From Tubulanus polymorphus (Eukaryota; Animalia; Nemertea), in contig NC_134031.1 of NCBI RefSeq assembly GCF_964204645.1, forward strand, positions 17,471,807 to 17,535,806: a stretch of DNA of 64,000 nt, in the 5' to 3' direction. The notes under the pieces were generated by a model. That model did no database searches and was not told the DNA's origin. It was given only the letters and a program-made list of their open reading frames with translations. The first letter of the stretch is position 1. Each line of letters begins with the position of its first letter. The position numbers and the translations under genes were made by a program. This document shows, in pieces, positions 1 through 9,650 of the stretch.

Positions 1-1101
1 ATAATGCACGTGGCCCTTATCAGCCACGATATTTATCTTTTTATCGGCCAGATCAAACCGGTGGACCTGAATTTTGAATCGCAAACCGGCGACCATGCAA
101 GTCAATATTCAAGTCTGTATACATATTTTGTATTTATCTGTGTGGTGGGAACGTTTATAGGATCTTAGAGCGACGGAAATCACTACTATGGAAACAACCA
201 CTTCCAGGACTTGGGCGTGAACCTTCCAGCAGGTACGTAGGCCTACGTAGCTCGACCCCACGTTTTATATCGCACTTTCGTTTGGTGAACATTTTTTTCT
301 TTTTAACCGATTCCTATTTAACAATGTATAATGCAGAATCCAAGTCGATGAAAACACTTCTAAATCTTCCATAATCGTAATTTCTAACTATACCAAAGTG
401 ATAGAGAACGACCGCTGACCGTAAAAACCTGAGGCAATAATGATCAGTTTCATACCGCCTCAAACTGTTTCACTTTTTCCAGGTCATAAACATAAATGGT
501 GGGCTGAATCCTGTTGACAAACTTCCATACATCGGCAATCATGGTAAATATTGCAAGCGATTCTTATTTTCACTTAATCTCTAGTGACCACTTGAATGTA
601 ACCTTCAATGGATGCGTAAGTAAATGACAAATTCAACCGTTTTGAAGAGTTGTGAAGTGAATCAAAAGATGGAAATGGTGGCCGCAGTGGCGCCCACCCT
701 GTAACCCTTACAAGAAACGAACGAGACAATTGGTCAATGCATGCTTAAAGACAAGGAATGACTGTGTACTGAATTGTATTACAAAATTCTTGGTAATGAA
801 ATATATTCTTTCCAGTCAGGATTTACGGAAATTTGTTAAAAAAGCTCTGGCACGTACCAATTAACCACCAAGATATATTTTAAATGACAAATTACGATTT
901 GTAATGGGAAAATACATGTAACTTTCAACATTCCGAGTTTTGGAGAAAATATTTGTCATTGTGCTTTTTGTAGAGTTCGGACGCCTTTTTATTCCACCTC
1001 AGCAATTCGTTATAATGATGTTGAATCATATGTTTAAAAGCAAAAGTTTATGACCCAGATTTTCGGTTCTTCAAAGCATCTTTTTACTTAAATCATTTTA
1101 G

Positions 1102-2372
1102 TCAAGTCAACATATAAAGAGAATCCGTCCAAACTATTTTGTAGCTTTGCAAGTCACCAACCCTCAGGTAAATAAAATTCAAGTACATGTACAGTGTACC
1201 CTATAATTTTTGCTCGTATCGGTTTCGAAAGTGTATGCTGTAACGGTATATGTATCTTGATTTTCTAGATCCATTCAGCATTGTCTGATGTACAGGCACA
1301 GATTTTGGCGAAATGTCCTGAAATCGAAGAAGCCATGGTCGATATTAAGACTTTGCATGTTACAGTTATGGTGCTTCATGTGGAGAAGTGTGAAGAGAGC
1401 TTCAACAGGCGAGGAAAATCCTTACAAATATTTAGATCATAATATTTGGAGCTTGAATCATGTCGAGAATGAATTTTCCTTTTTTTCCAGGTTAAAAATG
1501 GCAATGGACAATTGTCAATCGAGAATAGACCAGGAGCTTGGAGGCCAATCTTTGGAAATTACATTCAAAGGTCTTGGTCATTTCAAACATAATGTGCTGT
1601 TCGCATCTCCCGTAGAAAATGAAAACCTTCTTCGATTAAGGAAAACAGCAGGTACGTGCGTAACCAGAACTAGGCCTTCTCTTTAAATCATGTGTTCTGC
1701 TGTCCTGATAAGCTTCAGTTCAACAGTTATTGGTCTGAACTGTATTCTATACTTACCAGAACTGGGCCTGCTCTTTAAATCAAATATTTTATTGTCCTGA
1801 TAAGCTTCAGTTCAACCAGTTTCGGGTTTAAGCTGTGTTCAATGCCAGCAGTTAGATTCAATTGGAAGTAAGCAAGATTTTTATTCCAAGACACAACCAA
1901 TCCTGGCCTCTCGTACTGTATGATTTTTTCAGAATGTGTTAATGCAGAATTCAAAGCACAAAATATTTCTAGTACAGATAGAGATGGTAAAGTTTTCAGA
2001 CCACATTTAACAATTCTTAAACTGTCCGATTTGTCGCCAAAGTTGAGAAAAAAAGGTGAGGATTTCAGAATGATTTGTTTTTGATTTCATCGATGCCATA
2101 TGAACCGGGTTTACTGGTTTTGCTGTATCTAAAAAAAAAATTTCATCTGCTTCACTTCTTCCTTCCATTGATCAATAATCATTGTGTTTATGTTACCAGG
2201 TATAAAAAGAATTGAACCCGAATTGTACGCGGAGTTTGTCGGTGTTGAATTCGGTGAAGACGTTTTCAAAAGTATCCAGCTGTGTGAAATGAAGAGAGAT
2301 GAAGAGACCGGTTACTACAGAATCGCTTACGAAGTTACTTTGAATAAAACTAATGAGAAATCTAAACGCTGA
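1102..2372 (+). CDS. AKAP7: AKAP7-like 2H phosphoesterase (AKAP7_NLS-type domain); spliced, 5' end unresolved
   Basis: Exons 1102-1167, 1269-1408, 1491-1651, 1933-2055 and 2200-2372 join in frame: ...RIRPNYFVALQVTNPQIHSAL...KTLHVTVMVL...ITFKGLGHFKHNVLFA...FRPHLTILKLS...KKGIKRIEPELY...FGEDVFKSIQLCEMK...GYY*. This contains both HxT motifs of the 2H family and the RPNYF, F.GLG.F...VLF, PHLT..KLS and QLC.M motifs typical of AKAP7. AATAAA lies at ~2496. The start codon exon was not identified; orthology is from motif recognition only. Confidence 0.85.
1663..1845. repeat. Diverged ~93-bp tandem duplication in an AKAP7-like intron
   Basis: ACCAGAACT.GGCCT.CTCTTTAAATCA...TGTCCTGATAAGCTTCAGTTCAAC occurs twice. 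Confidence 0.8.
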
Positions 2373-2664
2373 TAAATACCGTCCTCCAAGTTTTGATGAT
2401 TATTGAAAGTAATTTAATCATAATATAATTGATACAGATGTTTTTTCTCTTTGTTGAATGTAGAATTATTTAATATGAATGAAAATATATATGAAAATAA
2501 AGACGCATGGATGACTATATAGGTTTCCAGTTCTGTATTGATATACCATGATCCAGAAGTCCAAACTCATTCTTTCGAGTCCATAAGTCTAATGACAACC
2601 TTTGGACACGACTGTGCAACCGGTTCCAGCTGCTCTGTGATATGGGTACGGAGAAACCGGACAG

Positions 2665-2805
2665 AGCCCAACGCACGGAAACAAACCCGTTTGATCTCGG
2701 AAACTATGGCCGAAACCACGTTTCTCGTAAACGCACAAGGAAACGCTCGGTAACACGATTCTGTCTCTTGTTTTTGTGTCTCTCTACGTCGTGTCCATTG
2801 GGCTT
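2665..2805. mobile_element. Degenerate MITE-like element; related copy at ~52440-52605
   Basis: Imperfect terminal inverted repeats GCCCAACGCACG ... CGTGTCCATTGGGC. The internal GAAACAAAC..GT.TGATCT.G.AAAC...AAACCA.GTTTCTC block is shared with 52475-52545. Confidence 0.55.
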
Positions 2806-3861
2806 AACAGAATTACGTAGGCCTTCTATCAAAAGCTGATGAGGAAGAATGGAAGAAGGCAAATGTTACGTCTTTGTGATTATATCATATAACGTGTGCT
2901 GGTATTTGAAAACACCAGGTGTATCCATAGGGATACCCAGTTATCGGCCCTAGCTATACTGATATACACTGTACTATGATAATATATAACCAATTGAAAA
3001 TGAATTTGGTTCAATCATGTTATCGTATGTGGTATTCCGAATTGCACGAAAGTACGTTGACGAAATTTGGACATGAATTAAAATCGGGACGTTGAGGTGC
3101 TCCACTTAATAAATTATCCTTTGTCCGGATCTTTCTTCCTGTCAGTCGAGTTTCTGCTGCTTGAGGAATTTAGGTAATAAAAAGACACTATTCTTCAACA
3201 ACGGGCACATAGTTTATTCATAAAATCAAAAAATAAATTAGTTTTCATTTTTACAACCGGTTTATTCTATCTTTAATGAAGGGTCTCTCTTGACGAAGAA
3301 CGTGGTCATCCACGACACCAATAGACTAACAATTCAACAGTACGCGCTATATGTAACCACTAATCATGCATATTCGTACGTATAAACGAACTTAATGCAC
3401 ATTAATATTCTCCAGTTTCTATCGTCCGTCAGTTTCAATATAGGCTATAACACGATAGTTCTTATGCGTCCCAGACAACATTCAGTTCGTTCGCAGAAAG
3501 AAAACCACACGGTATCCCCCACCGTCAGTTGCCGATCCCCCTGTGCAGAGCTGACCAAGAGTAGCGTATTATATCACAAATAAAAACTTATCATAACGAA
3601 AACTATGTAATGCCAGGTTCAACAACACGAAGGTAATTAATACCACCCAGACCGTGTATTGTCCTGTGGTACAATAATATAACAGCGTACACATGTACGT
3701 AGGCTAATGCCAGGGTTTGCTAATATTATTTGATTTGTCATAATAGCTGGTTTATCATTTGATTTCAAAAATGGGCAAGTTGTCGATTTTTCCGTGATGT
3801 TTTTCTTCGAAAATGTTTTTTCTCTTGTGATGAGATTCGTATTGCTTTCAGCGCGTACCCA

Positions 3862-6800
3862 TCAAGCCGCTGCGGGTTCAGAGTCTTTACCGTCGTTGGC
3901 GGTTGCACTACCGGCCGGTCCAGCATGGCGCTTTCCTTTCTGGGCAAAACTCAGAGCCGAGCCCAGGTGACGTTTCACCGTTGTATCGCTTTGTTTCTCG
4001 TCGTTTTCTGAACGTTTTCCCGATCGCCAAGCCATCAGTGAACCGAGGTTTCGCTTTTCGTCTTCATTGTCTCGTTTACTACTTCGCCACGACATCGCCG
4101 CGCCCATATGCCGCTTGCCGCTACGCCAAGCCGAAGCTGATCCTATGTGTCTTTTCTCAAAATCGCCTTCATCGTCGCGCTTACCGGTTCTCCACGCCAC
4201 GAATGAACCCATGTGTCGTTTATACTCTTCGCCCGATTCTCTTTTTCCACCTCTCCATCTCATCATCGATCCCATGTGTCGTTTAATCTCGTCTCCTAGC
4301 TCCTCATTATCTCCGACAGCGTCGAATCTAGACGCTATTTGTCCAACGTCATGGTCATACAACTCCCGCTTCCCAACAAATCTCATGGTTGCTCCGATAT
4401 GTCGTTTATCATCAATTATATCATCGAACTCTCTTTTCCCCGCGAAATTTCTTGCAGAACCTAAATTTCTTTTTCCAGCGAAATTTCTGGCTGAACCTAA
4501 ATTTCTTTTGCCGTCTTCAAATTCCCTTTTTCCAGCGAAATTTCTTGCTGAACCTAAATTTCTTTTGTCGTCTTCAAATTCCCTTTTTCCAGCGAAATTT
4601 CTTGCTGAACCTAAATTTCTTTTTTCATCACCGAATTCTCTTTTTCCAGCAAAATTTCTGGCTGAACCTAAATTTCTTTTGTCGTCTTCAAATTCCCTTT
4701 TTCCAGCGAAATTTCTTGCTGAACCTAAATTTCTTTTTTCATCACCGAATTCTCTTTTTCCAGCAAAATTTCTGGCTGAACCTAAATTTCTTTTTTCGTC
4801 TTCAAATTCTCTTTTTCCAGCGAAATTTCTGGCTGAACCTAAATTTCTTTTTTCGTCTTCAAATTCCCTTTTGCCAGCGAAATTTCTTGCTGAACCTAAA
4901 TTTCTTTTTTCGTCTTCAAATTCCCTTTTTCCAGCGAAATTTCTTGCTGAACCTAAATTTCTTTTGTCGTCTCCGAATTCCCTTTTTCCAGCGAAATTTC
5001 TCGCTGAACCTAAATTTCTTTTTTCGTCTTCGAATTCTCTTTTTCCAGCGAAATTTCTCGCTGAACCTAAATTTCTTTTTTCGTCTTCGAATTCTCTTTT
5101 TCCAGCGAAATTTCTCGCTGAACCTAAATTTCTTTTTTCGTCTTCGAATTCTCTTTTTCCAGCGAAATTTCTCGCTGAACCTAAATTTCTTTTTTCGTCT
5201 TCGAATTCTCTTTTTCCAGCGAAATTTCTTGCTGATCCTAAATTTCTTTTGCCCGCAAAATTACGTGTTGAACCGAGATGGCGCTTCTCATTTTCGATAT
5301 CTTCCGATTCCCTTTTTCCCGCAAAATTTCGAGCAGAACCGATGTTTCTTTTTTCATTTTCCGCCGAGTCTCGTTTTCCAGTAAATCTCATAGTTGCCCC
5401 CAGGTGTCGCTTATCCATTTCGTCAGCTCCGTTCCTTTTACCGGCCGCAAAGTTTCGCACGGAGCCTAGATGCCGTTTCTCTTCCGCAGAGTCTCGTTTT
5501 CCTGCAAAGTTCCTCGCCGAACCAAGATGTCGTTTTTCACCCTCGATATCGTCAGATTCTCGCTTTCCAGCAGCAAAATTACGCGCGGAACCTAAATTCC
5601 GTTTTTCATTTTCCGCAGAGTCTCGTTTCCCGCTAAATCTCATAGTTGCCCCTAGGTGTCGCTTATCCATTTCGTCAGCTTCCTCCCTTTTACCGGCCGC
5701 GAAGTTTCGCACGGATCCTAAATGCCGTTTTTCTTCGTCGATATCAAATTCTCGCTTCCCGGCAAAATTCCTTGCAGCGCCTAAATTTCTTTTTTCGGCG
5801 TCGTCATCGAATTCGCGCTTTCCGACGAATCTCATCGTTGCGCCTAAATGCCGCTTCACACTTTCCATATCTTCCCTTTTGCCGGCGAAGTTTCTCGCTG
5901 CGCCTAAGTTTCGTTTTGCCTCTTGTTCCTCTTCGTCTCTCTTACCTCTGTGGTGGAAACCCCAGTTTTTCGCTGAGCCGATGTTTCTTTTATCCTCCAG
6001 GTAATCGCGTTTTCCCCATCGGAATGCCGCTCCCAGATGTCGTTTATCTGCGGGATCGTTGAATAGATTATCGTATCTCTTGCCCCACATATAAGCAGAT
6101 GCTAAATGACGCTTGGACGTGTCGCGTTTACGTCTGCTGGGAAACCGCGCCGATCTCGACAGCCATTGCGGGTAATTCGACTGGCCCCATTCTTCCGTTT
6201 CGTAATCATCGTCGACGTCTTCGTCGCGTCTGTCGTGATCAGGCGACTGGGCATTTTCGACCAAACGACTGAAATACGGTTCGTACTTGTACGAATTCTC
6301 GCGAGACCTGTCGGAGGTTTTCCACCAAGGTCGTCCGTCGTCGGCTCTCGTACGAACCAACGAGCTCAGGAATCTACGATCGCGGTAGTTCAAGTCATCG
6401 TAGAACGGAGGCGAATAGCCGACACCCGCGCTCTCTCCTCTGAATGGATAATATCTCATCGCTGGTTTCGGAATCCAGTTGTGTCGGGCCAGTGACGCGA
6501 TGTGCCGCTTTGAAATCTGAAAATACACAGAAACATTGTTTTAAGTAAATACAATAATCTATCATCTATTTCACTTATCTCGTCAAAATCTGAATAACGT
6601 TGACTTTGAATAGTTGTAATGTGTCTTGAGATATTTGTCCATTGCATATTCATCCTCGCATCAACGTTCTTGATGTTTACATAGAAAAATATTTTCCCCA
6701 TCGCGTTCACAGAATCGAGGCATTTTTGATATGGCATTCACATTATATATTAAATTCTTTCGCACATCGTATTATATTAATCAGTTACTGGTCGAATGTT

Positions 6801-9548
6801 TATAACACGTCGCTAAGTGATATCTATGTAGTATCTTCAACGAATTCGTGATAACGGGTGGAAATTCCTAAATATTACTTGGCGAGCATGAATTATGCAT
6901 GTTGACAAAAGAACTCATTTGAATTGTTAATCCTCTAACTAAAACATCAGACAAAACTGGGTGACGGCCAATTTTTCTTCAAATCTCAGCTTCGACACGC
7001 AGTCCATCAGTAAACGCTGTCGTTGGTAAATGTAAGAATAACGACCAGATTGTTTTCACAACCTTTTCATGTCGGCTCGTTTTCCTTTTTACGTTCGCGT
7101 GTGTTGTACCTGATAATTTGCCAATACGACTGCTCGGACGCGGAGTTTTCGACAATGTTTACCCGGAGATCTCATTTCGCGCGGACAGAACACATTCGGT
7201 AAATAAGACATCAAGCGACTTTGTCTACAAGTCTTAAGCCAACGCATCGGGTTTCAATATCATTAAAACTCCCCCGTGGCTGAGTAAGACGTATGGAATG
7301 ATGTTTTCTAGACTGCGTTCGTCTTATGGTTCCGATCCTTAGCTAAACTTACCAAAATTCAATCGTTCTACGTAGGCCTTACTTTGAAATTTTGCCGAAT
7401 TCCTTTTTTTTTGGGTATTTTTCAATACACCCTTAGGACTTCTGCTGTTGTCCTTAACGGAATATCACCCGACAACAGCTAACTAGGAGATGCATGATGG
7501 CATATAAATGAAGTAACATCTCTCACCGGCCTGGGGTTAAGTACAATGGGCAGGATTGTCGCGAAGGAACATGTACGAATCTTTCCCTAATTACTTATTT
7601 AGTGATATTGCGTGGGTCTGTTTCGTTTTTATTTTCTTCCATCGGAATCAATAATAGACGTAATAACGGAAAGGTTCGCCGAAAGGAGGCAATGTGTGCT
7701 TGCATCCACTTCCTGTCATATTAGCCGTCATTCAGGTAGAAATTACGAGGGATTTTTAGTCGCTGACATTTATACTGTTAAGAATTATGAACGCAAGTCA
7801 AGCCGGAACTTCCACTTGAATAAAGGGCGTTCGCACTCCCTCCGCCTTGCTCGTGATACCTATGGTAAACCACTAAAATCCATTTCTTAAAAAGTCAATT
7901 TCTTAGAAAGCCTTCCATTTGATTCTCGACTAAGGTATCACGTCAACCTGGTCCCAACGCTTCGAGTAGGACAAGGTTACTGCCCTCCGTCAGCTGATGG
8001 TTCACGCGAACCAGAAACGAAATTTCCAATTCTTTACTTCGATTTAAACAAAAGTTTATGTAAATTCAACCGACCATTCAATTTAACATTTTCTAATTCG
8101 AATTTCAAGATTAAACGATGGACTCGATGGAGAGTTTTAGAGTCCATGATTAAACCCACTGTCTCGTTCCCGGCAGGTAGGAAGGGACACGATAGATAAA
8201 CAGACAGATTAAGAAAAGCAAGATTAATTCGAAGCAGACAACTTATCATCGTTTACGTATACACTTCACTCCCTGTTTCTTTCACGGTCGTGAAGGCGAC
8301 CAAGAGGATAAAACAACATTGCATATCCTTGTAGATTTTGTAATAGTGATTAGGCTATTTATGGACCTCACTGCGCCGAAAATAACCACAACACGCTCGA
8401 TACGGTATTACTATTATCGAACTGATCAAGCGAATATACGTCTTTATTATATAAGACGGATTACTATTGTGAGGACAAAAAAAACAATGTAAGACCTACT
8501 GAAGCACCAAATCATTAATATCCATCATTTCTACGTCACCGCGTTAAAGTCGAATGCGAATGAACAGATTCTGAACATGACCTAACTAGATTGGTATCCA
8601 CATTTCTTCGTAAACGAATAAGCTATAATCAAAAATACACGATTTCTTAATTCGCAGTGTAGCCAATTAACTGGATTGACGTGATCCTATTATTCGTAGA
8701 TTCTTATTCAACCTAAAGAAAAATTTGTATTCTGACTATCTATATACGTATGTATGGTAAATATATTGACCATAATTTCCACGTTTTCAATGTAAGGACA
8801 TTTCAACTGGACAACTCTGTTCGAATTTTACTTTATTGTTCGTACGTTCAGAAATGTGGACATTCTAACGAAAACACGACACCCCGGGCGTACGTAGCTA
8901 CAAACGTATCATTCCTCATAAATGTCGAAGGAACTAATGGTTCTTTTTATTCGCTAAGAAACAGCGGTATCATGAAGGGGTACTTCGCCGAAAATATATA
9001 TGTATTTATCAACTACAACGTCTTGTTTCAAGCGCTGTGGACGACGTACGACTATACATTTTCATTAACGTCGATGTCTTGTATGACGAAGAATAAGATT
9101 CCCGTAGGAGACGAACTTATCAAATGTCCATCTAGACACTTCACTATGTAACGAATGGCCCCACTCTGTGCGCGGCTTTGTAACCCGAAGCAGCTCTCGT
9201 GATAACTGACAACGGAGATAGCATATTAACCGATATTGACGGGCTTTGATTTGTCGCCCACAGGTCGGACGCCGTGATCTCGATATTTGTCAGCCCATCG
9301 GGCAGAAAGGCATAATTAATATCAGATGTTTTTCATCTTTGTTTCGGCCCCGCCGTTGGGAATAGGATATAGTTAATGTCTATAGAAGCCTGCGCAGTTT
9401 ATACTGTCCTTTGAGGGAAAGGGCAAATGAAAAGCAGTATTTACTTGAAACTAATAAGAAATCATGTTATACGTACCGTTTTTCCTCGTATGTCAGTAAT
9501 GCAGACGATTAGAATCGCCATTATCAATAGAGCTAGCGTAGTCCCCAT
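3862..9548 (-). CDS. Large multi-copy neuropeptide precursor (~908 aa; NLGSARNFAamide / HLG- / HIG-type peptides; HIGA/NPLP1-like)
   Basis: Coding exon 9548-9477 reads MGTTLALLIMAILIVCITDIRGKT (signal-peptide-like; donor ACG|GTACGT, phase 0). It joins acceptor TTTTCAG| at 6516 (phase 0) and an 884-codon exon. That exon has ~36 KR-flanked related peptides, nearly all ending G-KR (amidation), separated by acidic spacers. AATAAA on the minus strand occurs at ~3213 and ~3261. Confidence 0.93.
4432..5244 (-). repeat. 57-bp coding tandem repeat (EFEDEKR-NLGSARNFAGKR) within the neuropeptide precursor
   Basis: Near-identical 57-nt units are directly visible. I count 15 exact NLGSARNFAG copies in the translation; two of them lack a preceding acidic spacer. 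Confidence 0.95.
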
Positions 9549-9635
9549 GCTACGTATTTTAAGAAGGCGGTTCTATAGAGAAATGTTTAGTTTAAAATGC
9601 CACTTCTTACACACGTTCGGCAACAGGCGACTCAC

Positions 9636-9650
9636 ATTGTCTGCCAGAAC
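9636..9650 (-). other. Candidate 15-nt 5'UTR micro-exon of the neuropeptide gene
   Basis: The minus strand reads TATTTTCCAG|GTTCTGGCAGACAAT|GTGAGT, i.e. a consensus acceptor and donor 15 nt apart. It lies 63 nt upstream of the acceptor (9572) of the signal-peptide exon. Confidence 0.55.

Noticed and set aside
161-615. Possible upstream exons of the AKAP7-like gene (161-232, 483-543, 585-615)
   Set aside because: Splice-like signals exist, but I could not join them in a consistent open phase to the exon at 1102. They may be UTR or alternative exons.
2836-2870. CTGATGA hammerhead-ribozyme core (also ~15184, ~16244, ~26200)
   Set aside because: No stem II followed by GAAA and no matching cleavage-site helices were found.
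4432-5244. Regular repeat-spacer pattern reminiscent of a CRISPR array
   Set aside because: The spacers are near-identical and in-frame coding, the context is eukaryotic, and there are no cas genes.
4067-6004. 645-aa plus-strand ORF (SSSNSLFPAKFLAEPKFLF repeats) and the 331-aa ORF at 4389-5384
   Set aside because: These are antisense shadows of the 57-bp neuropeptide repeat. A stop-free unit propagates an open frame, and the meaningful KR/GKR processing pattern is on the minus strand.
6517-6528. ORF-track start 'MYFQ' of the 888-aa protein
   Set aside because: It is a GTG inside the intron's acceptor region; the likely real start is the ATG at 9548.
9636-9650. Micro-exon as coding sequence (VLADN, resembling a signal-peptide end)
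   Set aside because: It lies upstream of the ATG exon that already encodes a full signal peptide, and the inferred first exon has an in-frame stop and no ATG.
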